Positions 56,659-64,000 of a stretch of DNA of 64,000 bases are shown here, piece by piece. The notes beneath the pieces are model-generated. The model ran no database searches, was not told the origin of the DNA, and saw only the letters and a program-made list of their open reading frames with translations. Source of the stretch: Coxiella endosymbiont of Haemaphysalis japonica (GTDB lineage: Bacteria > Pseudomonadota > Gammaproteobacteria > Coxiellales > Coxiellaceae); the NCBI GenBank assembly GCA_048491795.1, contig JBGDGR010000003.1, positions 13,439 to 77,438 on the forward strand, written 5' to 3'. Position 1 is the stretch's first letter, and each line of letters opens with the position of its first letter. A program made the position numbers and the translations under genes.

Positions 56659-58115
56659 AAAGGCAGCCTCAATGTGTTATTCACTTTAAGCAATTGCGTT
56701 CTAAAAATATTTAGAATACGCTTTAATTCGGACTCTGTGTTTGCTTCAAAACGCAAAATTAAACACGGCGAAGTATTAGAAGGCCTAATCAAACCCCATC
56801 CGTTCTGAAACTCCACTCTTAGACCATCCAAAGTAATCAATTTCGCTTCACTGAAGTTCGCTTGTTCAATAAGTTTTTTCATAAAAATAGATTTCTCTTG
56901 TTCAGCTATAGGCAATCTTAGTTCGGGAGTATTTATACTGTTAGGTAAGTTCATAAATATTTCACTCGCTGATTTGTCTTTCTGTGAAATAATACGCAAT
57001 AATCTCGCCCCTACATAAATTCCGTCATCAAAGCCAAACCATTCGTCTTTAAAAAAGATATGCCCACTCATTTCACCTGCTAAAGGTGCATTTATTTCAA
57101 ATAATTTGGCTTTTAAAACCGAATGTCCCGTTCGCCACATGACTGGATTTCCGCCGTGTTTTTTAATAACTTCAGATAAGTGGCGAGAACATTTAACGTC
57201 AAAAATAATATCTGAACCAGGTAGCTGTGATAGTAAATCCATTGAAAAAAGCATCATCTGTCGGTCAGGCCAAATAATCTCACCTTTATTAGTAACTACT
57301 CCTAAACGATCGGCATCCCCATCAAAAGCTAAACCTATATCCGATACAGTCTTTTTTACCGTATAGATTAAATCGATTAAATTTTCTGGAATTGTAGGGT
57401 CTGGATGATGATTAGGAAATCGACCATCCACCTCACAAAAGAGTTCTACTACCTCACAACCTAATTTCCGATAAAAATCAGGAGCAATTTTTCCAGCTAC
57501 TCCATTGCCACAATCAATCACTATTTTTAAATGGCGTTTTAATTGGATTTTTTTTAGAATAAAGTCCTCATAATTTTTCAGAATATCGATATTGATCTGC
57601 TTTCCTTTGCCTCTTATAAAACGGCGTTCTTGAATCCGCATGCGCAAAGCAGCGATTCCCTGTCCCGTTAACGTTTTTCCGTCCAATACAATTTTAAAGC
57701 CGTTGTGATGTCCCGGATTATGACTCGCGGTAACCATTACTCCTGAATTTGTTTCCAGTTGAGTAGTAGCGAAATACAATAGAGGTGTAGGTACCATCCC
57801 TACATTAAGAACAGTAAGACCTGTTGCACAAAGCCCTCTTACCAAAGCCGCTGTTAGCTCGGGACTTGATAATCGTCCATCATAACCCACGACAATGGCT
57901 TTTTGCCCTTGCTCTCGGACTTCGCTACCGATAGCTAAACTAATGGCATAAGCAAGGTCGACAGTAAGCCCCCCTGTACCGACTGAACCTCGAATATCAT
58001 AAGCGCGAAAAACATCTGCTGAAATAGATTCCTCAGACAGATTGCCTTCCGAATTAATATCGACCGGAGCTTCCAAAGCCACCCCCACCTCGTTCACTAT
58101 TTTCAAACTCTTCAA
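56655..58115 (-). CDS. algC: Phosphomannomutase/phosphoglucomutase (AlgC-type)
   Basis: FRAYDIRG, active-site [13 protein letters not shown], Mg site FDGDADR. dut-algC adjacency as in pseudomonads. The start is uncertain because the track start overlaps dut by 62 nt. Confidence 0.88.
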   Translation of the reverse strand: MKSLKIVNEVGVALEAPVDINSEGNLSEESISADVFRAYDIRGSVGTGGLTVDLAYAISLAIGSEVREQGQKAIVVGYDGRLSSPELTAALVRGLCATGLTVLNVGMVPTPLLYFATTQLETNSGVMVTASHNPGHHNGFKIVLDGKTLTGQGIAALRMRIQERRFIRGKGKQINIDILKNYEDFILKKIQLKRHLKIVIDCGNGVAGKIAPDFYRKLGCEVVELFCEVDGRFPNHHPDPTIPENLIDLIYTVKKTVSDIGLAFDGDADRLGVVTNKGEIIWPDRQMMLFSMDLLSQLPGSDIIFDVKCSRHLSEVIKKHGGNPVMWRTGHSVLKAKLFEINAPLAGEMSGHIFFKDEWFGFDDGIYVGARLLRIISQKDKSASEIFMNLPNSINTPELRLPIAEQEKSIFMKKLIEQANFSEAKLITLDGLRVEFQNGWGLIRPSNTSPCLILRFEANTESELKRILNIFRTQLLKVNNTLRLPF

Positions 58116-58512
58116 CCACTTTAAATTGCGCTTTTAAAATGGGAACAATCACCAATTGTGCAACTCGCTCTCCCGGTTGAATGGTGTAGGGAACTTTCCC
58201 GCGATTCCAGCAAGATACCATCAGTGGGCCTTGGTAATCAGAATCAATTAAACCGATGAGATTACCTAACACAATTCCATATTTGTGCCCTAATCCTGAA
58301 CGGGGCAATATAGTAGCTGCAATGTTAGGATCATTAAGATGAATTGCCAATCCAGTGCTGATCAGGGAAGTTTCACCCGGATGAATTTCGAGCGGTGCAT
58401 CGATACAGGCCCTCAAATCAAGTGCTGCCGAACCTGCTGTTGTATAGGCTGGTAAAGGTATTTGATCCCCAAGACGTTTATCCAAAATTTTTAATTGAAC
58501 CGAATGCGACAT
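58054..58512 (-). CDS. dut: dUTP diphosphatase
   Basis: Start placed at [14 protein letters not shown] (ATG 58512; 152 aa). [24 protein letters not shown]-terminal [10 protein letters not shown]. Confidence 0.92.
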   Translation of the reverse strand: MSHSVQLKILDKRLGDQIPLPAYTTAGSAALDLRACIDAPLEIHPGETSLISTGLAIHLNDPNIAATILPRSGLGHKYGIVLGNLIGLIDSDYQGPLMVSCWNRGKVPYTIQPGERVAQLVIVPILKAQFKVVEEFENSERGGGGFGSSGRY

Positions 58513-58813
58513 TGTGTCTCCGTAAAAGACAAATGTACCGCTTATTCGAATGTTAAGAAAGTCAAGTCGATCGTATTGCCACAAAAATCTCAAAAAAGTA
58601 CTGGTCTTATTGACGCACACTTTTAAATTGTGCCATCATACGCGGATAGTTTTGGTTTTTTTATTTGCAGAAGCAGGTCCTCTAGTTAGAAACCGTGTCA
58701 CATCTTTGGACGTCATCGTAGCTATAGGGTAACCTCAGCTCCTCTTGCGCTGGTTTAGCTCTTCTGGTACAGGAGGGAGGCTTTAATTTCTGATATTATC
58801 GGAGAATACTATC

Positions 58814-59062
58814 ATGACAAGAGTATGCCAAGTGACTGGGAAGCGTCCCCAAACCGGGAATAATGTATCCCATGCGAACAATAAAACTAGGCGCCGTTTC
58901 TTACCTAATTTAAAAAAACGTCGATTTTGGGTGCCGGAGGAAAAACGTTTTATAACCTTGACAGTCTCAACTAACGGGATACGAATTATCGATAAGTTCG
59001 GTATTGAGACGGTACTTAAGAAAATCCGTAAACGTCAAGAAATAAGTAAATTAAGTAAATAA
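58814..59062 (+). CDS. rpmB: 50S ribosomal protein L28
   Basis: [33 protein letters not shown] is the canonical L28 N-terminus. Confidence 0.93.
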   Translation: MTRVCQVTGKRPQTGNNVSHANNKTRRRFLPNLKKRRFWVPEEKRFITLTVSTNGIRIIDKFGIETVLKKIRKRQEISKLSK

Positions 59063-59072
59063 GGATTAGCTT

Positions 59073-59285
59073 ATGGCCGTCAGTCCTCGTGAAAAAATAA
59101 TGCTCCAGTCCACTGGTAAAACTAAAGCAGGAAAACCGACCGCTACCTATTACACAACTACGAAAAATAAACGAAATACCGAAGGAAAATTGAATATCAA
59201 AAAATTTGATCCTCGAGCCTGGAATTCTAAAACAGCCAAATGCGGTATGTATGTGCCCTTTAAAGAAAAGAAAATACCAAAATAA
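59073..59285 (+). CDS. rpmG: 50S ribosomal protein L33 (unusually long, 70 aa)
   Basis: REKIMLQS...YYTTTKNKRNTEGKLNIKKFDP core matches L33 (REKIkLvSsaGTGhFYTTtKNKRtmpeKlelrKFDP). Apparent insertions before YYTTT and before the C-terminal KEKKI. Confidence 0.85.
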   Translation: MAVSPREKIMLQSTGKTKAGKPTATYYTTTKNKRNTEGKLNIKKFDPRAWNSKTAKCGMYVPFKEKKIPK

Positions 59286-59331
59286 ATTCGTTAGGTTCGC
59301 ATGCATAGAGAAGCTGCGGGGTTCAAAGCGT

Positions 59332-59586
<255 letters not shown>

Positions 59587-59591
59587 TTATA

Positions 59592-60074
59592 TTATATTTT
59601 CTGTTTCCTTTCTAATTGTTCAACAACAAGCGGGGGCACAAAAGGAAATATATCACCGCCTAATTCAAAAACTTCTTTTATCAGAGTGCCAGAAATATAA
59701 CTGTAGCCTTCTTTAGCGGGTAAAAAAATGGTTTCGATTCTTGGTGATAAACGATGATTCATGTGTGCCAATTGGAACTCGTAATCGAAATCGGAAACGG
59801 CACGAAGGCCGCGTAAAATAATGGTTGCTTGATGCTTTTCTGCGAAATCTACTAGTAGGCCCTCCAATGGCACTGCCTGCACATTGTTCGCATCAACAAA
59901 CACTGATTTGACTAAATTAATACGCTCCTCTAAAGATAAGTGAGAGGTCTTACTACTGGTTGGCGCGCAAGCAACAATAATTTTCTTAAACAAGGGCAAA
60001 GCACGCTCAACAATGTCTACATGACCATTCGTCAAAGGATCAAATGTACCTGGATAAACAGCTATTGGTTTCAT
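59592..60074 (-). CDS. coaD: Phosphopantetheine adenylyltransferase
   Basis: 160 aa; [30 protein letters not shown]. Confidence 0.93.
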   Translation of the reverse strand: MKPIAVYPGTFDPLTNGHVDIVERALPLFKKIIVACAPTSSKTSHLSLEERINLVKSVFVDANNVQAVPLEGLLVDFAEKHQATIILRGLRAVSDFDYEFQLAHMNHRLSPRIETIFLPAKEGYSYISGTLIKEVFELGGDIFPFVPPLVVEQLERKQKI

Positions 60075-60117
60075 TAAAAACCCTACTTTTTAATTGATAA
60101 GTATACAATATTCTTTC

Positions 60118-60615
60118 TTAAGCTGCTTTTGGACGCGTTAATTGTTTAATCTCTTTTGCGGAACATTGTGCTCTCAAAGTTGAGACAGACTCACCTGTCG
60201 GTAAAATTAAGTCTTTTGCAATTTCAGCTAAAGGATAAAGAACAAATTCTCGAATCTTGAGTTGGGGGTGAGGAATTGAAAGCGTCTTGGTTTGAATCAC
60301 GTTATTACCGTACAACAAAATATCAAGGTCAATGATGCGAGACCCCCATCGTATCCCGAGACGCTCACGTCCTTGGTTTTCTTCCAAAGCTTGAAGTGCC
60401 TTTAAAAGCACTTCGGGGGATAGCCGCGTCTCAAGAGTCACAACAGCGTTAATATAATCCGGTTGATCCTGAGGACCAAAAGGCCGACTTTCATAAAAAC
60501 TGGATTGGTTTAAAATCATTGTTTCCGGTAATATCGCTAAATTAGCGATCGCCGTTTTCACTTGTTTAACTGGCGAACTGAGATTAGAACCAATCCCAAT
60601 ATAGACTATTGTCAT
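60118..60615 (-). CDS. folK: 2-amino-4-hydroxy-6-hydroxymethyldihydropteridine diphosphokinase
   Basis: 165 aa; IGIGSNL, RWGSRIIDLDILLY, PHPQL. 4-nt overlap with pcnB. Confidence 0.9.
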   Translation of the reverse strand: MTIVYIGIGSNLSSPVKQVKTAIANLAILPETMILNQSSFYESRPFGPQDQPDYINAVVTLETRLSPEVLLKALQALEENQGRERLGIRWGSRIIDLDILLYGNNVIQTKTLSIPHPQLKIREFVLYPLAEIAKDLILPTGESVSTLRAQCSAKEIKQLTRPKAA

Positions 60616-61946
60616 ATATATTCCTTTGATTCGTCAATCAACTGCTCACGCTGTTTGGTATTGCCATCATGGAAAATGCGCCACCAACGAACAATTTCGG
60701 TTAGAGGCTCACCCGCACGCGCCCTCAACTCTAAAAAATCAAACGCCGCTCGAAAAAAACGTTGTTGCGCAATACGATAAACACGATTACATCGTCGCCG
60801 TTCCAAATGGTATTGGAGCATCCAAACGGAACGCATCATGATTGTTAAACGCCGCGGAATAGTCAACGTTCGTGCTTGCAAATAAAGAGCGTGATTTATA
60901 CTATAATAAAGAGAGGGAAATAAGCGCTTATGCTTTTCAAAATGCTGCTCCATTAATCCTTTTACTACAGGCCATAAAAAAATAGCAAGTAAAAACCCGG
61001 GGTTTAGTGTTTGATTTTTATAGTAGCGTTCATCAGTTGCCTTTAAGGCAAATTCGATCAAATTCTGATAATACGAATGACAGTTCCTTTCTAAAAAAGC
61101 AACCACATCCGGAAATAAAACTCGCATATAATTAGTTCGCATTAACAATTGGTAAGAGCGGTATGCATAACCTTTAAAAAAAAATTTTAATGTTTCAGTA
61201 AACAATCGAGCGCTGTGTACATGCCATAATAGATTATGTAGTCTAAGGAGAGGTTCTTCTGTATCAGAATGAATTTTAAAATTCAACTTTGCTGCTAACC
61301 GCACAGCCCGTAACAATCGCACAGGATCTTCGTGATATCGTTGTGTGGGATCCCCTATCATGCGAATTAAACCTTTTCGTAAATCTTTCATTCCACCAAT
61401 GAAATCGACAACTGAAAAATTAGTGATGCTATAATAGAGTGCATTTACCGTAAAATCACGCCGCCATGTATCTTCTTCGATTGTTCCATACGTATTATCT
61501 TCTTCCAACAATATAGATGGCTGCGCCATTTTAATTTTATTATTTAATGATTCTCGCTTTAGAAATTCTTCTACATTGGCACGAAAGGTAGATACTTCAA
61601 TAATTTCATTTGGAAAGACAACATGCACTAAGCGAAATCGCCGTCCAATAAGCCTGCTATTCCGAAAAAGTTTCCGAATTTCGACTGGAGACGCATTAGT
61701 GGCAATATCAAAATCTTTGGGATGAAACCCCAATAACATATCTCTTACTCCACCGCCAACAAGATAGGCCTCGTAGCCAGCATTATTGAGACGGTAAAGC
61801 ACTTTTAAAGCATTAGGACTAATATCATCATGAGAAATTGAATGATGTTTACGATTAATGATTTGGGGTCGATCTTTTTTCCCGCTTCGAAATAAGCATC
61901 CAAGACCCTGCCAACGATCTGGTTTAAACATAAATTCTGCCATCAA
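60612..61946 (-). CDS. pcnB: Poly(A) polymerase I
   Basis: 444 aa; YLVGGGVRDMLLG, DFDIATNA, RRDFTVNALYY nucleotidyltransferase motifs. pcnB-folK synteny. Confidence 0.92.
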   Translation of the reverse strand: MMAEFMFKPDRWQGLGCLFRSGKKDRPQIINRKHHSISHDDISPNALKVLYRLNNAGYEAYLVGGGVRDMLLGFHPKDFDIATNASPVEIRKLFRNSRLIGRRFRLVHVVFPNEIIEVSTFRANVEEFLKRESLNNKIKMAQPSILLEEDNTYGTIEEDTWRRDFTVNALYYSITNFSVVDFIGGMKDLRKGLIRMIGDPTQRYHEDPVRLLRAVRLAAKLNFKIHSDTEEPLLRLHNLLWHVHSARLFTETLKFFFKGYAYRSYQLLMRTNYMRVLFPDVVAFLERNCHSYYQNLIEFALKATDERYYKNQTLNPGFLLAIFLWPVVKGLMEQHFEKHKRLFPSLYYSINHALYLQARTLTIPRRLTIMMRSVWMLQYHLERRRCNRVYRIAQQRFFRAAFDFLELRARAGEPLTEIVRWWRIFHDGNTKQREQLIDESKEYI

Positions 61947-62008
61947 CTGTACTCTTTACGTTAATAGGCGGCCATTCTATGTTATCCACACTCCATTCGT
62001 CTAGGGGA

Positions 62009-62311
62009 TTAAGATGCCGCTCTCCACGCGAGACGATAACAGGGTGTTCGTCTACCACACAGCCAAGGATAGAGGCTACGCAATCTCAATCTCGTTCGTC
62101 CGCGCATTAATTTAGTTAATAGGCTGTGGCTAACATTCCTTATTGTTTCAAAGAACTTTTTCTGGAATATGGGTGACCCATTAAGCAGGTTAGTCATTTC
62201 ATCATGGAAAAACTTGAATTCTCTTATCTTATAAATAGTTAATATTACCATGTTTCCTAGTTCTCTTTTGAAAGAGAAGAAAATAAATCTTAAATGAAAT
62301 TTTTTAAACAT
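62009..62311 (-). pseudogene. dksA: DksA/TraR-family relic (prematurely terminated, diverged)
   Basis: In the usual dksA position upstream of pcnB. FFETIRNVSHSLLTKL...RSLYPWLCGRRTPCYRLAWRAAS* then SPRRMEC. Compare DksA: sLELRtRDRyRKLLdKI...gtYGyCeetGEpIgikRLEARPiAtLsiEaqE. The coiled-coil tip DxxDxA aligns to NLLNGS. A stop falls before the end of the zinc-finger region. Confidence 0.45.
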
Positions 62312-62465
62312 TCAGGACTGAGGTAACCTTAAAAAAACCCGAAACCTATAATTCAAAATTTCACCACTTTTTTTCTTAAGTAGAAGTTTTATAGATGTTC
62401 TTATTCAACTGTAGCATCCATCCAATAATGAAGACTTAGATGTGGTTAATACTTGACAAATTAAT

Positions 62466-62502
62466 GAATAGGAAGCCCTTCTTTTAAAAGGGCTTCCTAT
62501 TC
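62466..62502 (-). terminator. Rho-independent terminator-like hairpin downstream of tyrS
   Basis: 15-bp perfect stem gaataggaagccctt / aagggcttcctattc with a 7-nt loop, about 120 nt after the tyrS stop. On the minus strand it is followed by AUUAAUUUGU. Confidence 0.6.
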
Positions 62503-62620
62503 ACACAATCTCATTATTCTTGGCAAGAATCGCTTTGTCCAGGTTTCCATATCCCCTCATTATTCCTTACCACTCTCGGAACATCACGGCTCTTTTTTTA
62601 TTAATTCAGGCCATCATCTA

Positions 62621-63877
62621 CTAGAAGCCAGGTCTTTCAGGAGATGAAGATAAAAGGGGGTTACAAATGATTTTTACTTTGGCAAAACGACGTCTTCCAA
62701 CTTGATACAAGTGGCTTTCGCCACTGGGGATAGCTAATCGAATGTCTTCAATACGCTCTCCGTCTATACGAACAGCACCCTGCGATATCATTCGACGAGC
62801 CTCGGAAGTCGTATTAACTAATCCAGCACGCTGCAGAATATAACCAATTTTTAAAAAGTCGTTTTCAGCTGGAACTTCAATTTCCTTCAGATTCGTAGGC
62901 AATTTACGGTTTTTAAAGCGATCAACGAAGTGTTGTTGTGCTGCTTTAGCTGCTTTTTTTCCGTGAAAACGCGCTACCAATTCTTCACCTAATAAAATTT
63001 TTATATCTCGAGGATTTTTTCCTGTAACTACCTCTCTGCGCCAACGATTAATTTCCTGCATGGGCCGAAAACTCAACAATTCATAATAGCGCCACATTAA
63101 ATCATCAGATATTGACATAATTTTTCCGAACATTTCTTCTGGAGGTTCCATGATTCCAACATAATTATTCAATGATTTTGACATCTTCTGAACGCCATCT
63201 AATCCTTCTAGCAAAGGCATGGTTAGAATACATTGGGGTATTTGGTCAAAACGCTTCTGTAATTCCCGGCCTACCAATAGATTAAATTTTTGATCGGTGC
63301 CGCCCAACTCAATATCAGCATGGAGAACCACGGAGTCATAACCCTGCAGTAAGGGATATAGAAATTCATGAATGGCAATGGGTTGTTGCGCAGCATAACG
63401 CTTACTAAAATAATCGCGTTCTAACATTTGTGCAACTGTGTAAGTTGATGCTAAACGGATAAGATCATCGGTCTTTAAATTCTTCATCCAGCGTGAGTTA
63501 AAAGTAACTCGGGTTTTTTCAGAGTCTAAAATACGAAAGGCTTGTGTCTCGTAAGTTTTAATATTCTCCATAACTTCTTCACGCGTTAATGGCTTACGTG
63601 TTATGTTCTTACCAGTAGGATCACCAATCATCCCTGTAAAATCCCCAATTAAAAAAATTATTTCATGACCTAAAATTTGAAGTTGACGTAACTTATTTAA
63701 TACGACGGTATGTCCGAGATGGATATCGGGTGCGGTAGGATCAAATCCCAATTTTATTCGCAGCGGTTTTTTTTCACTTAAACGTACAAGTAATTCTTCT
63801 TCAAGAAGAATTTCGACAGCACCTCGTTTAATTTCTTCTAGTGCTTCTTGTGATGTAAAATCATCTAATGCTCTCAT
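62621..63877 (-). CDS. tyrS: Tyrosine--tRNA ligase (type 2, with C-terminal S4 domain)
   Basis: 418 aa; HIGH-type [15 protein letters not shown]4-like [16 protein letters not shown]. Confidence 0.93.
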   Translation of the reverse strand: MRALDDFTSQEALEEIKRGAVEILLEEELLVRLSEKKPLRIKLGFDPTAPDIHLGHTVVLNKLRQLQILGHEIIFLIGDFTGMIGDPTGKNITRKPLTREEVMENIKTYETQAFRILDSEKTRVTFNSRWMKNLKTDDLIRLASTYTVAQMLERDYFSKRYAAQQPIAIHEFLYPLLQGYDSVVLHADIELGGTDQKFNLLVGRELQKRFDQIPQCILTMPLLEGLDGVQKMSKSLNNYVGIMEPPEEMFGKIMSISDDLMWRYYELLSFRPMQEINRWRREVVTGKNPRDIKILLGEELVARFHGKKAAKAAQQHFVDRFKNRKLPTNLKEIEVPAENDFLKIGYILQRAGLVNTTSEARRMISQGAVRIDGERIEDIRLAIPSGESHLYQVGRRRFAKVKIICNPLLSSSPERPGF

Positions 63878-64000
63878 TGTTCTGGATCTTTATATTACGT
63901 GGTATATTAAAATTGTAACCAGTCGAAACCCAAAAGGAAATCGAATGCGAGTAGAAGAAATGGGACGGAAATCGACCGTATTGATCATTTTCACCGGAGG

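Noticed and set aside
58054-58115. 62-nt overlap between the dut 3' end and the algC 5' end.
   Set aside because: This is most likely a start-codon assignment problem. GTG/TTG codons occur downstream within VGVALEAP..., and AlgC homologues have shorter N-termini. It is probably not a real long overlap.
58610-58640. TTGACG ... ATCATA promoter-like pair upstream of rpmB.
   Set aside because: The -10 is poor and the spacer is 18-19 nt. It is not distinguishable from background.
63945-64000. Open plus-strand frame at the window end (MRVEEMGRKSTVLIIFTGG...).
   Set aside because: Only 19 codons are visible. The ...FTGG ending is reminiscent of several families (for example asparaginase-type TGGT) but is far too short to call.

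Overview
AT-rich gammaproteobacterial chromosome segment. Gene content and order look Legionellales/Coxiella-like, but that is inference from protein motifs and synteny and cannot be verified without a search. The supporting clusters are feoAB, tkt-gap-pgk-pyk-fba, fis-purH/purD split by thiC-O-S-G-DE, gloB/methyltransferase-rnhA-dnaQ, yicC-gmk-rpoZ-spoT...recG, dut-algC and pcnB-folK/coaD. About 50 intact housekeeping CDS, many tightly packed with 4-8 nt start/stop overlaps, alternate with long ORF-free stretches. By my tally of the gaps these total roughly 15.5 kb, about a quarter of the window. In several gaps I can read stop- and frameshift-riddled relics of known genes: an EF-Tu-like G domain, phoB, a truncated phoR, a gph-like HAD phosphatase, an SLT/LysM mltD-like transglycosylase, ridA, a dksA-like gene, and possibly a fold-type-II PLP enzyme. 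This is the signature of ongoing reductive evolution in a host-restricted bacterium. I saw no rRNA, tRNA, CRISPR array, transposase, prophage or recognisable defence system, and I did not find a convincing novel multigene system. The most unusual items are: a perfect 29-bp inverted repeat flanking 129 bp downstream of fba; an ABC permease+ATPase operon with no binding protein, coupled to an alpha/beta hydrolase; a Pho84/Pht1-type phosphate:H+ symporter kept next to decayed phoBR; a divergent TPP-riboswitch-like leader on an intact thiamine operon; and a decayed dksA-like gene alongside an intact spoT. Pseudogene coordinates are approximate.
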